Source of the DNA: Bacillota bacterium
Lineage (GTDB): Bacteria > Bacillota > Clostridia > Lachnospirales > Bianqueaceae
DNA length: 41,450 bases
Assembly: GCA_017474705.1 (NCBI GenBank)
Contig: JAFVHC010000024.1
Coordinates: 1-41,450, forward strand
Direction: 5' to 3'
Made by a program: the position numbers and the translations under genes. Under the pieces are notes generated by a model. It worked only from the letters and a program-made list of their open reading frames with translations, was not told where the DNA came from and ran no database searches. Of the stretch, positions 24,651 through 34,372 are shown piece after piece; the stretch's first letter is position 1; the number at the start of each line of letters is the position of its first letter.

Positions 24651-25394
24651 ATGAGATTCGGTATCTGCACCACCCCGGAACACATGGAAGAAACCGCCGC
24701 TCTGGGCTTTGATTATATCGAACTGGCCGCCAGCTCCTTGCTGAAACTGCCGCAGCCTGTCAAGGAACAGATCTGCCAGGCACCGATCCCCGTCGAGACC
24801 TTCAACGTCCTCTTCCCGGGTGATATCCGTCTGATCAACGGGACCCCCGACGAGGACATCCTCGCGTATCTGGAAGGCACATTCCGGCTGATCCATCACT
24901 TGGGCGGACATCTGGTCGTGTTCGGCAGCGGCAGGTCACGCTCCATTCCCGAAGGCGTTTCTTTCGATGAAGCATTTGCCCGTCTGACCACCGTTACGCA
25001 GATGATCTGCGACGTCGCACAGACCTATGGGCTTCAGGTCGCGGTGGAACCACTGCGGTATGAAGAAACCAACATCATCCACACCTTGACGGAAGGCGCT
25101 CTGCTCATGCAGGCGGCGAACCGTAAGAACACCGGCCTTCTGGCAGATCTGTACCACATGTGCGCCAACCACGAAGCCCTGACACAGATCGACGTGATGC
25201 CGAAGCTCTCCCACGTCCACATCTCCGCCGTCGGCCGAGGCGTACCCGTCGCTGAAGAAGCCGCGTATTATCAGGCCTTTTTCGACCATCTGAAGGCCAG
25301 CGGCTATGACGGACGCGTCAGTATCGAGAGCCGGATCCAGGACTTCCCACGTGAAGCCGCGGCAGGCCTTGCGGTACTGAAAAGCTTGTCTTGA
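24651..25394 (+). CDS. sugar phosphate isomerase/epimerase (xylose-isomerase-like TIM barrel)
   Basis: Trimmed to MRFGICTTPEHMEETAALGFDYIELAASS (the ATG at 24651 follows AAAGGAGG). 247 aa. Confidence 0.7.
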   Translation: MRFGICTTPEHMEETAALGFDYIELAASSLLKLPQPVKEQICQAPIPVETFNVLFPGDIRLINGTPDEDILAYLEGTFRLIHHLGGHLVVFGSGRSRSIPEGVSFDEAFARLTTVTQMICDVAQTYGLQVAVEPLRYEETNIIHTLTEGALLMQAANRKNTGLLADLYHMCANHEALTQIDVMPKLSHVHISAVGRGVPVAEEAAYYQAFFDHLKASGYDGRVSIESRIQDFPREAAAGLAVLKSLS

Positions 25395-25464
25395 TCAAAA
25401 TTTCCCTCATTATAGCATAGTCTTTGTTGTTTTCAAATATATATGAAACGAGGAAAACCACTTT

Positions 25465-26208
25465 ATGCTGGAACTCAAAAACATCTCCTTCGGCGTCGAA
25501 GATGACGGCCAGGAGAAGGAGATCATCCGGGATGTCAGTTTGACGCTGCCGGATAACAAACTCATCGTAGTCACAGGACCGAACGGCGGCGGCAAGTCCA
25601 CTTTGGCCCGCATCATCGCCGGGATCGAGACCCCTTCTTCCGGGCAGATCCTGCTGGATGGCGAGGATATCACCCATCTGTCCATCACAGAACGCGCCAA
25701 AAAGGGCATCGGCTTCGCCTTTCAGCAGCCGGTGCGGTTCAAAGGACTGCAGGTCCTGGATCTGATCCGTCTAGCCGCCGGCAAGCACCTGACGGTGATG
25801 GACGCCTGCTCCTATCTGTCCAAGGTCGGCCTGTGCGCGCGGGACTACATCAACCGCGAAGTCAACAGCAGCCTCTCCGGCGGCGAACTCAAGCGCATCG
25901 AGATCGCCACGGTCCTAGCAAAAGCTCCCTCGCTGGCCATCTTCGACGAGCCCGAGGCCGGCATCGACCTTTGGAGCTTCCAGAATCTGATCGAAGTCTT
26001 CCAGCGGCTGCGCGAACACATCAAGGATTCTTCCATCCTGATCATTTCCCACCAGGAACGCATCCTGAACATCGCGGATGAAATCATCGTTCTGCGCGAC
26101 GGCCAGCTGGTCCGCAGAGGGTCCCGCGACGAGATCCTGCCGGAACTGATCGGCACCAGTGCCGCGATCCCCGCCTGCCGCGTCGCGGAAGAAAGCGAGG
26201 CGATGTGA
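25465..26208 (+). CDS. sufC: SufC-like ABC-type ATPase (Fe-S assembly ATPase of the minimal SUF-like type)
   Basis: 247 aa and soluble. Walker A is GPNGGGKST, the signature is LSGGELKR, Walker B is IFDEPEAGID, and the H-loop is ISHQ. Confidence 0.7.
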   Translation: MLELKNISFGVEDDGQEKEIIRDVSLTLPDNKLIVVTGPNGGGKSTLARIIAGIETPSSGQILLDGEDITHLSITERAKKGIGFAFQQPVRFKGLQVLDLIRLAAGKHLTVMDACSYLSKVGLCARDYINREVNSSLSGGELKRIEIATVLAKAPSLAIFDEPEAGIDLWSFQNLIEVFQRLREHIKDSSILIISHQERILNIADEIIVLRDGQLVRRGSRDEILPELIGTSAAIPACRVAEESEAM

Positions 26209-26209
26209 G

Positions 26210-27151
26210 ATGGTACAATTCGGTAATATCCAGATCGATGAGATCCAGATGCGGCTGCTTAAGGAGGTGGCGGATCTGCATTCCGTACCCGAAGGAGCCT
26301 TCAACATCCGTTCCAACGGCAAGTCGGCTGCCCGCTTCTCCACGGCCAATATCGAGATCGAACCCAAAGAAGGTGCCAGTGGCATCGACGTGCATATCAA
26401 ACCGGGGACCAAGAATGAAAGTGTCCACATCCCCGTGGTCATGACACAATCCGGCCTTACGGAACTTGTCTACAACGACTTTCACATCGGTGAAGGTGCC
26501 GACGTCACCATCGTTGCCGGCTGCGGTATCGACAACTGCGGCCCCAAGGATTCCGAGCACGACGGTATCCACCGCTTCTACGTGGGCAAGGGCGCCAAAG
26601 TCCGCTACGTGGAAAAGCATTATGGCTCCGGTACGGGGTCCGGCAAGCGCATCCTCAACCCCGGCACGGAAGTCTACATGGAAGAAGACAGCACCATGGA
26701 GATGGAGATGGTGCAGATCAAAGGTGTAGACGATACGGACCGCACCACGACTGCCGACCTGGCCGCCGGGGCGAAACTGGTCGTGCGGGAACGGTTGATG
26801 ACCCACGACAAGCAGCGCGCCATCAGCACTTATGTAGTCAACTTAAACGGTGCCGGAGCGACCGCTGACGTGGTCTCCCGCTCTGTAGCCCGTGATGATT
26901 CCTATCAGAAATTCGATGCCAAGATCATCGGCAACGCGCCTTGCTCCGGCCACACGGAATGCGACTCCATCATCATGGACAACGGCCGTATCCTGGCCGT
27001 CCCGGGGCTGGAAGCCAACGACGTGGACGCCGCTCTGGTACACGAGGCCGCCATCGGCAAGATCGCCGGTGACCAGATCATCAAACTGATGACACTGGGC
27101 CTCACCGAGCAGGAAGCCGAAGAACAGATCATAAATGGATTCCTGAAGTAA
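26210..27151 (+). CDS. SufB/SufD-family Fe-S assembly protein (short ~313-aa form)
   Basis: Trimmed to MVQFGNIQIDE (ATG 26210, 1 nt after the sufC-like stop). The beta-helix-type SufBD core ends in ...VDAALVHEAAIGKIAGDQIIKLMTLGLTEQEAEEQIINGFL. Confidence 0.7.
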   Translation: MVQFGNIQIDEIQMRLLKEVADLHSVPEGAFNIRSNGKSAARFSTANIEIEPKEGASGIDVHIKPGTKNESVHIPVVMTQSGLTELVYNDFHIGEGADVTIVAGCGIDNCGPKDSEHDGIHRFYVGKGAKVRYVEKHYGSGTGSGKRILNPGTEVYMEEDSTMEMEMVQIKGVDDTDRTTTADLAAGAKLVVRERLMTHDKQRAISTYVVNLNGAGATADVVSRSVARDDSYQKFDAKIIGNAPCSGHTECDSIIMDNGRILAVPGLEANDVDAALVHEAAIGKIAGDQIIKLMTLGLTEQEAEEQIINGFLK

Positions 27152-27172
27152 TTCTATAAAGGAGGTTTTGCT

Positions 27173-30085
27173 GTGAAAACGATCCACTACCCCGAACGGT
27201 TCACCCGTTCCGACCTGAAGATCGACCCGCCGGAGATCCGCGACCAAAAGATCGAGGCGTTGGTCGAAGCCATGACCATGGATGAGAAATTCTCCCTGCT
27301 GGGCGGTTCCGTAGAACCGGCCGACAAGGGCAAGATCGGCAACGCCGGCTATCAGTGGGGCGTGCCGCGCCTGGGCATTCCCGAAGCCGTCATGTATGAT
27401 GGACCTGCGGGCATCACCGGCGTCGTTGAGACCACGGGTCTGCCTCAGCCATCACTTCTGGGCTGCACCTGGGACGATGAGATGGCCTATGAATTCGGCC
27501 GCGTCGCCGCCAGTGAAACAGCCGCCTGCTCCGGCAACTATCTGCTGGCACCGCAGGTCGACGTCATCCGTTCCCCGCACTTTGGCCGCAACAAGGACAT
27601 GAAGGCGGAGGACAGCTACCTGGCCGGACGACTTGGCGTCGCGGAGACCAAAGGCTGCCAGGATCAGGGTGTCGTCGCTACGATCAAGCATTTCGCTGTA
27701 GCTAACACCTTTGGCCGCACGTTCTTCAATTTCCCGAACAACATGGTCGATGAGCAGACCCTGCATGAGCAGTACACCCGCACCTTCGAGATGGCCATCC
27801 GTGAGGGTGACGCCGGCAGCGTCATGAACTCCTACAACCGTGTCAACGGTCCGTACATGTCCGCCAATGCCTCCATGCTGAAGGGCATTCTGCGCGATCA
27901 GTGGGGCTACAAGGGTTCCGTCATGAGTGACTGGGGCTCCGTCCATGGTTTCACCGCGAACTGCGGCATGGACATGGAGATGCCCTATCCCGCGTATAAC
28001 AAGGCTTTCCGCATCCTGAAGCACATCCGAAAGGGCGATATGTCCTTCGAGGACGTGGATGAAGCCGTGCGCCACGTATTGTATGGTATGTCCGTGGCCG
28101 GCCTCCTGGGTCTGGTCCAGCTGGACGAAGATGGCAGCGTCATGACCGATCCGTTCCACAAACAGCCGATCCAGATGGAGTGGCTGTACGAGCAGAAGAA
28201 TGCGGAAGGACTCTTTGAAGAGAACGCCGCCCGCGCCGCGAAGATCGTGGAAGAAGGCACCGTACTTCTGAAGAACAAGGATCAGGCCCTGCCGCTGACA
28301 GACAAGGATCTGTCCGGCCAGGTCGCGCTGATCGGTACCGGCGCGAAATATCCGGTCACTGGTGACATGCAGGAGCGCAGCTTCGGTACACTGGCTCGCA
28401 TGCAGTCTGGCAAAGAAGCGCTGGAAGAAGTCACAGGCCGCACCTTCAACGCCTATCCCGGCATCGACTATGTCGGCGAGCCCATCCCGGCAGAGGCGCT
28501 GTTCCAGGATGAAGCCCTGACCCAGCCCGGTCTGGTCCGCACCTATGGTATCCGTGATGAGGACCGCGATCCGGTCGCGTTGGAAGCGGGTCCCGGTGGT
28601 GCCGGCAATGCTTTCTTCGGCTTCACAGATTTTGATGAGGACGGCGTGCCGATCGATACCGGCATGACCAGCTACAACGATGCCGGTGAAAAGAAACTGG
28701 ATCCCGAAGTGCTGGGATCGTTCTGCTGCGTCGATCCGCAGATCGATTTCACCGTTGGCACGAACGAGGATGGTTCTCTGAACAAGACCTATCAGAATGG
28801 TCCGAATGGCACCGCTTTCGTCGATCAGGAAGCGTTCACCTGGAAGGGCTTCCTGAAAGTCCCGGAGACCGGCGAGTACATGCTGCTGCTGGAATGCATC
28901 GGCGGTATGGGCAGTTTCTTCATCCGGACCGAGGATGGCTGGCAGCAGGCCGGCCGCAGCGCCATGCGCGAATGGGCACAGTGGCCCTGGGAGTCCCTGA
29001 TCTGCACGCGTGAAGGCATGGGCATCACCGGCAAGAAGCTTACGCTGGAAGCCGGAAAGGCCTACCCGGTCCTGGTCCACGCCCGTCAATGTGTGCGCAA
29101 CAAGGACCTGCAGATCCGCATCGCCTGGCAGACGCCATCCTTCCAGAAGAAGAATTATGAAGACGCCCTGGCGGCAGCTGCAGCAGCCGATACGATCATC
29201 TACTATGCATGCGATAGGGTCATGCGCGAATTCCGCTTCGGCACCGTCAATGAGGAACAGCCTATCGAACTGACAGGAGAACAGCGTCAGCTGTTGGACG
29301 GCGTCCTGGCCGCGAAGAAACCAGGTGCTAAGGTCGTCGTGATCGTACAGGTCTCCAACGCCCGTGCTTTGGGCGACTGGGAAGATAAGGCCGACGCCAT
29401 CCTGACCGCCTATCATCCGGGACAGGAAGGTGCCCGCATCGTCGCGAAGATCCTGACCGGCGAGATCAATCCTTCCGGCAAACTGTCCCAGTCCTGGCCG
29501 GCACAGACCAAGGATACGCCGATCACCGACACACCCGAGCATCTTCTGGAGCGCGGCGGCGGTGTGGAGACCGCTCCCGGCAATTATGAGATCCGCTTCG
29601 GCGAAGGTATCTTCAACGGCTACCGTTATTACGACAAAGAAGGCGTCAAGCCGCTGTATGCCTTCGGCCATGGCCTGTCCTACACTACCTATGCATACAG
29701 TGATCTGGAGATCTGCGAAGCTCCTGCGGACCCGGATTTCGGCCCGACCTTCGAGGTCCGCTTCAATGTGACCAACACCGGTGACAGAGCCGGCGATGAG
29801 ATCTGCCAGATCTATCTGGGCAAGGCTCCGGTCCCCGTGTACATGCAGATCGCCGAGAAGCAGCTGATCGGCTACACCCGTCTGAAGAACATCCAGCCCG
29901 GCGAAACGCGTGAAGCTTCCATAACGATCGATCCGCGCATGTTCTGCAGTTGGGATCCCGCGCAGACTTTGATCAGCCGCAGCGACGGTACGAAAGACAA
30001 GTGGATCCGCGTCAAGGGCGACCGCAAGCTTTACGTGGCCGCCGCCAGCGATGACATTCGTCTAGAAGGTACCGTGCTGGTATAA
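27173..30085 (+). CDS. glycoside hydrolase family 3 beta-glucosidase-like enzyme with an inserted PA14-like domain
   Basis: 970 aa, GTG start after GGAGG. Blocks seen: IKHFAVAN, GSVMSDWGSV. The PA14-like stretch is FTWKGFLKVPETGEYMLLLECIGG. A C-terminal Fn3-like region is present. No signal peptide. Confidence 0.85.
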   Translation: MKTIHYPERFTRSDLKIDPPEIRDQKIEALVEAMTMDEKFSLLGGSVEPADKGKIGNAGYQWGVPRLGIPEAVMYDGPAGITGVVETTGLPQPSLLGCTWDDEMAYEFGRVAASETAACSGNYLLAPQVDVIRSPHFGRNKDMKAEDSYLAGRLGVAETKGCQDQGVVATIKHFAVANTFGRTFFNFPNNMVDEQTLHEQYTRTFEMAIREGDAGSVMNSYNRVNGPYMSANASMLKGILRDQWGYKGSVMSDWGSVHGFTANCGMDMEMPYPAYNKAFRILKHIRKGDMSFEDVDEAVRHVLYGMSVAGLLGLVQLDEDGSVMTDPFHKQPIQMEWLYEQKNAEGLFEENAARAAKIVEEGTVLLKNKDQALPLTDKDLSGQVALIGTGAKYPVTGDMQERSFGTLARMQSGKEALEEVTGRTFNAYPGIDYVGEPIPAEALFQDEALTQPGLVRTYGIRDEDRDPVALEAGPGGAGNAFFGFTDFDEDGVPIDTGMTSYNDAGEKKLDPEVLGSFCCVDPQIDFTVGTNEDGSLNKTYQNGPNGTAFVDQEAFTWKGFLKVPETGEYMLLLECIGGMGSFFIRTEDGWQQAGRSAMREWAQWPWESLICTREGMGITGKKLTLEAGKAYPVLVHARQCVRNKDLQIRIAWQTPSFQKKNYEDALAAAAAADTIIYYACDRVMREFRFGTVNEEQPIELTGEQRQLLDGVLAAKKPGAKVVVIVQVSNARALGDWEDKADAILTAYHPGQEGARIVAKILTGEINPSGKLSQSWPAQTKDTPITDTPEHLLERGGGVETAPGNYEIRFGEGIFNGYRYYDKEGVKPLYAFGHGLSYTTYAYSDLEICEAPADPDFGPTFEVRFNVTNTGDRAGDEICQIYLGKAPVPVYMQIAEKQLIGYTRLKNIQPGETREASITIDPRMFCSWDPAQTLISRSDGTKDKWIRVKGDRKLYVAAASDDIRLEGTVLV

Positions 30086-30092
30086 AACAATG

Positions 30093-30127
30093 AAAAAAAG
30101 GAATGTGCAGTAGCACATTCCTTTTTT
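30093..30127. terminator. bidirectional intrinsic terminator after the GH3 gene
   Basis: AAAAAAA-GGAAUGUGC-AGUA-GCACAUUCC-UUUUUU. Confidence 0.88.
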
Positions 30128-30268
30128 AGCGTCTTTCATTCATGAACCTTGCCTGAAATCCGACTCATTGGAGAGAATTCATGCCCACCAACAAAAAACT
30201 CGGCTATGAGCATGTATTGATTTCAGGTAAAATATGCTCCATTCCCACTCTTAGGCGTTTTTTATGGC

Positions 30269-30471
30269 AAAAGGCATGTATCATGAGGCGTTTCCATTTG
30301 GGCAGATACCCACCTTATTGATGATTTAATAGAAAAGGACATGTATAACGGCGGTCATAGCCACCGCTTCATACATGCCCTTTTGCATTCTTCTTATAAC
30401 AAAGCATGAAAAGCAGTCAATAGATGCTTGCCTGATACATGCCCTTTTTCGAAAAAGGCAGCTATGTGCAT
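30269..30471. repeat. five copies, in both orientations, of a 13-14-nt motif AAAAGG(G/A)CATGTAT, forming nested inverted repeats
   Basis: Direct copies: 30269-30281, 30333-30346 and a degenerate one at 30451-30471. Inverted copies: 30371-30384 and 30435-30449. A perfect 16-nt palindrome CCTTTTTCGAAAAAGG lies at 30443-30458. Confidence 0.7.
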
Positions 30472-30530
30472 GAAATGCCGCTAAAATACAACAATTTTCG
30501 CAGAAAACCGGCAGTGCATTATCTAATACA

Positions 30531-30561
30531 ATGGAAAGAGACCGAGCAAATGCGCGGTCTC
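30531..30561 (-). terminator. intrinsic terminator of the aminopeptidase operon
   Basis: Minus strand: GAGACCG-N10-CGGUCUC followed by UUUCCAUUG. Confidence 0.55.
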
Positions 30562-30569
30562 CTTATGTC

Positions 30570-31804
30570 TCATTTCTCTGCCATAAAAGCTTCGATCTCG
30601 TCCGGATCCTTGATGATATCTTTCGACAGCACCTCGCACCCATCTTCCGTAATCAGCAGGTCGTCCTCGATCCGGATGCCGATGGCTTCTTCGTCGATGT
30701 ACAGACCGGGTTCATTGCTGATGATCCAGCCGGGCTGCAGTACGTCCCCCGCAAGGGAGATGTCATGCACGTCGATACCGATCGGATGGCTGACGCCATG
30801 CATGTAGTACTTGCCGACCTCGGCTGCGTCCTCGATCAGTCCCATGGCGACCAGACCTTCTCCCAGCACATTTTTCGCCACGTCGTTCAGATCGCGCGTG
30901 GTGATCCCGGGCTTGGCCGCCGCAGCGACCGCTGATTTGCCTTCAGGACCAGTTCATAAACTTCCCGCTGTCTGGGAGTGAATTTGCCGTTTGCCGGATA
31001 GGTCCGTGTGATATCGCTGCAGTAATTCTCATACTTCGCGCCGAGATCCAGCAGGATCAGCGTTCCGTCCTGGACTTCACAATGGTTCGTGCCATAGTGC
31101 ATCATGCACCCGTTGATGCCCGACCCGGCGATGGTCGGAAACGCCTGTTTCTTCGCGCCGAGCCGTCTGCAGGTGTATTCGAAATCCGCCTGCACCTGAT
31201 ACTCCATCATGCCGGGCTTCAGGTTCTTCATGACGAATTCCAGCCCTTGTCGGGTGATGTCCAGTGCTTTTCTGACCTTTTCGATCTCGTCCGCATCCTT
31301 CTGCTCCCGCAGCGGGACGCAGGCCGTGTGCAGGTCCTTGAGTACCACATGCGGATAGATCTTTTCAAAGCGCTCCGCCATGACGACGTTGTAATCCGGC
31401 AGATCACTCATCTGGCAGCGGTACAGGTCAAAGTACGCATACTCCACCCGGAACCGGCTCAAATAGCCGCCGATGGCCCCTTCCAGGCTGTCCGTGTAGC
31501 GGACGTCCTCGATGCCGGAGATCGCGCTGACCTCTTCTTTTGTGGGCATCTTGCCGGTCCAGCGCTCGAAACGCGGGTTCGGCTCCTCGATGAACAACAC
31601 TTCCGTTGTTTTCTCCGCCGTCTTATAGGCTACGAATGCGGTGCTTTCCCGCTGCAGCCCCGTCAGATAGAAGTACTGGCTGTTGACCTCGAAATCATAG
31701 TAATCATCCTCGTTCGTATGGATCGGGATGCCGGCATAGGAAATGACCAGGCTGTTGTCCTCAAGCGAGTTGTACAGCCGCTGTCTGTGTTCTGCAAATG
31801 ACAT
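30570..31804 (-). pseudogene. M24B Xaa-Pro aminopeptidase, interrupted by a 1-nt frameshift near 30932
   Basis: Track ORFs 30887..31804 and 30570..30881 are one gene. Inserting one G gives ...EVYELVLKANQ-AVAAAAKPGITTRDLNDVAKNVLGEGLVAMG... The metal-site block is HGVSHPIGIDVHD...SNEPGLY. Confidence 0.8.
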
Positions 31805-31818
31805 GATACTACCTCTCT

Positions 31819-32973
31819 TTATGCGCCGAAGATGCCTTCAGCTTTGCTCATATGCTCGATGATGTGCACACCGAAGGGACAGCGGGTCTCGCAGGCACCG
31901 CACTGGATGCAGTCGCTCGCATGGACCGCAAGTGCATCATAATGCTCCCGCAGCGTTTCCGGCACGAAGCCCTGGGCTTCGCACAGATCCGCGAACTTGT
32001 TGACCGTAGCGATATCGATACCGACGGTGCAAGGCGCGCAGTGGCCGCAGTACATGCATTTGTCCGTGAACGGATGGGCCGGGCAGCCGGCCAGCAACTG
32101 CGCGTAGTCCCTCTCCTCTTCCGGAGCATCGCAGTAGGCCACCGCCTGCATCAGCTCTTCTTCACTGCGGGCACCGCTCATGACGACCTTGACGCCGGGG
32201 CGGGTCAGGCAGTAATGCAGGCACTGGGTCACGCTCATGGCCACACCGAAGGGTGACTCGCCGGCATTCAGCAGCGCTCCGCCGCCATAGGGTTTCATGA
32301 CGGTCAACGCCACGCCTTGACTCTCGCACAGGCTGTAGAGCTCCTGTCGCACCGGGTCCGTACTGGACAGGACATCCGGGGCCTCATAGGTCTCTTTCTC
32401 GAACAAGGTATTGACATCTTCGTTCGGCGGCAGGATGTCGTACGCCGGGTTGATACTGAACATGATGACATCGATCAGCCCCGTCTTGACCGCTTCGATC
32501 GCAACTTTGGGGTTGTGGGTGCTCATGCCCAGGAAGCGGATGTGTCCCGCCTCTTTCTGCGCCTTCGCGAACTCGATGACCGGCCCATGGAAGACCTGAT
32601 CGAAGTCCTTCTGCTCATCCACATAGTGGATCATCCCGACGTCGATGTAGTCCGTCTGCAGGCGTGTCAAAAGATCCGCGAACGCCGCTTCGACCTCCGG
32701 CATTTTGCGGGTGCGTTTGTACTGCCCGTCGAGCCAGGCTGAGCACATATGCGCCTGCATGATGAACTGCTCTCTGCGGCCCTGCATCGCAATGCCGAAC
32801 GCGTCACGGATGTATGGCTCAGGGTTGTACAAGTCGAAATAGTTGACACCGGCTTTCAGCGCCTTCTCGATCAGATCCACACCGTATTCCGTGGAATGAT
32901 TGACGAATGCTTCGCTGCCCAGGCCGATCTCGCCGACCTTGAGTCCGGTCCGTCCTAAAGTACGATAGTTCAT
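31819..32973 (-). CDS. aldo/keto reductase fused to a C-terminal 4Fe-4S ferredoxin-type domain
   Basis: 384 aa. The AKR N-terminus is MNYRTLGRTGLKVGEIGLGSE. The C-terminus carries CMYCGHCAPC and CIQCGACETRCP. Confidence 0.8.
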   Translation of the reverse strand: MNYRTLGRTGLKVGEIGLGSEAFVNHSTEYGVDLIEKALKAGVNYFDLYNPEPYIRDAFGIAMQGRREQFIMQAHMCSAWLDGQYKRTRKMPEVEAAFADLLTRLQTDYIDVGMIHYVDEQKDFDQVFHGPVIEFAKAQKEAGHIRFLGMSTHNPKVAIEAVKTGLIDVIMFSINPAYDILPPNEDVNTLFEKETYEAPDVLSSTDPVRQELYSLCESQGVALTVMKPYGGGALLNAGESPFGVAMSVTQCLHYCLTRPGVKVVMSGARSEEELMQAVAYCDAPEEERDYAQLLAGCPAHPFTDKCMYCGHCAPCTVGIDIATVNKFADLCEAQGFVPETLREHYDALAVHASDCIQCGACETRCPFGVHIIEHMSKAEGIFGA

Positions 32974-32983
32974 GGCTGCTCCT

Positions 32984-34258
32984 TTACTTCTTCTTGATCA
33001 CGTTCTGATACGGCATGATCATGCCCTGTGTCATGTTCCCGCCGATCTTTTTCTTTAGTTTCTTATTGCGCATCATGCCGCCCACCAGGTACATGGCGGC
33101 GATCTTTACCTTGTGCTTCTGCGGGTAATCGTCATAAAACCCGTGCTTCTTGTAAAATTGGTGGTCCGCCTGCATCAGGCCTTGCATCTGGTAGATCAGA
33201 TCCCGGAAGATCTTCATGCCGCCGACGCCGTAGAAGTTCGCCGGCTGTGTGTAATGATGCCGCAGGGCGTAGGCCAAAGTCTCCGCCAGGGGCAGGATCT
33301 CTTCCGGCTCGTTCGCGATGCCGGCCAGGAAATTGCCGCCGACCTCGGCGCGGGCTTCCATCAGCATCTGCAGGTTCGGCTCCTGCTCCAGCGCTCCTTC
33401 CACCAAATATCCCACGGGTTTGCCCATGGTGACGGTCCGATGGCCGTTGCAGAACTGCCGGTCGTCGTACAGCTTGAAGCGGTACCCCATGGAATGGTCC
33501 CGGATCGTGTACGCGTAGACGATGGCGTCCGCCGACTGGATATGTTCGCGCAGGTACGTGTCGAACCCATCTTTATAGATGCAGGTGCCGTCTGCCGCAC
33601 AGTTGAAGCACCCCAGACAGCCGCCCGCGAAGGGGAACTCGTGCAGGTCGACGACCGTCGTTTCGATCGGCAGTACAGCGCGAAACGCTGCGATCATGTT
33701 CTGCAATGGGCTTTCCTGCAGGCCATCTGAGTCTGTCACGATGACCACTTTACCCTTCTGATGCGCGGGCATCCTGCGGCCTTCCTTGATCATATTCCAG
33801 CGCACGAAATGGAAGAACGCATAGGCTTCCTTGCGGCCTTTCTTGGTCAGCAGGTCTTCCATGTCCGCGGAAAGGCCGCCGATGTACTTCAGACCCAGGT
33901 CCTTACAGTTCTCTTCGATGAACTTATGCGCCGTCACATCATAAAAATGCTTGGATGTGGTGATCTGCGCCGCCCATTTGCCGGACAGGTCCAGGCCCGA
34001 CGCTTTCATCAGTTCGATGAACCGGTGCAGCTGCGAAGGCACCAGGAACGTGTACACCGGATAGGTGAACAAAAGCAGATCTGCTCTCTCCAACTGCGGC
34101 AGATAGGACGCCGGATCTTGCTCCAGCCTGCGGATCTGCTGTCCCACGTGGAGCGTTTCAAAGGTGCAGTCCGGGAACTTCTGCTCGATGTAGTGTACCG
34201 TGTATAAAGTGATGCTGTTCTCCCCGGACGGCGAACCGTTCAATACCAATATGTTCAT
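32984..34258 (-). CDS. two-domain flavodoxin-like/NAD(P)H-dependent FMN reductase-family protein
   Basis: 424 aa. The first domain begins MNILVLNGSPSGENS and the second KVVIVTDSDG...GGCLGCFNCAADGTCIYKD. RBS is GGGGAGG. Confidence 0.6.
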   Translation of the reverse strand: MNILVLNGSPSGENSITLYTVHYIEQKFPDCTFETLHVGQQIRRLEQDPASYLPQLERADLLLFTYPVYTFLVPSQLHRFIELMKASGLDLSGKWAAQITTSKHFYDVTAHKFIEENCKDLGLKYIGGLSADMEDLLTKKGRKEAYAFFHFVRWNMIKEGRRMPAHQKGKVVIVTDSDGLQESPLQNMIAAFRAVLPIETTVVDLHEFPFAGGCLGCFNCAADGTCIYKDGFDTYLREHIQSADAIVYAYTIRDHSMGYRFKLYDDRQFCNGHRTVTMGKPVGYLVEGALEQEPNLQMLMEARAEVGGNFLAGIANEPEEILPLAETLAYALRHHYTQPANFYGVGGMKIFRDLIYQMQGLMQADHQFYKKHGFYDDYPQKHKVKIAAMYLVGGMMRNKKLKKKIGGNMTQGMIMPYQNVIKKK

Positions 34259-34336
34259 GATCGGAACCTCCCCTTTTTCTACTTTGTATTATAGGAAAAA
34301 GCCTGTGGTTTGTCAAAGTTTCTTGCCTCTTTTGGC

Positions 34337-34351
34337 ATACCATGATAGTAT
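34337..34351. promoter_or_regulatory. candidate LysR box (T-N11-A within ATAC-N7-GTAT), overlapping a possible lysR -10
   Basis: ATACCATGATAGTAT. A possible promoter is TTGCCT (34323-34328), 17 nt, TAGTAT (34346-34351). Confidence 0.3.
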
Positions 34352-34372
34352 AGCAGCAGGAGGGATCGACCT

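Noticed and set aside
30181-30321. 46-codon ORF MPTNKKLGYEHVLISGKICSIPTLRRFLWQKACIMRRFHLGRYPPY, preceded by GGAGAG
   Set aside because: It has a plausible RBS but no recognisable family. It reads straight through the repeated AAAAGGCATGTAT motif, and there is no supporting context. It remains a possibility only if ribosome profiling or conservation supports it.
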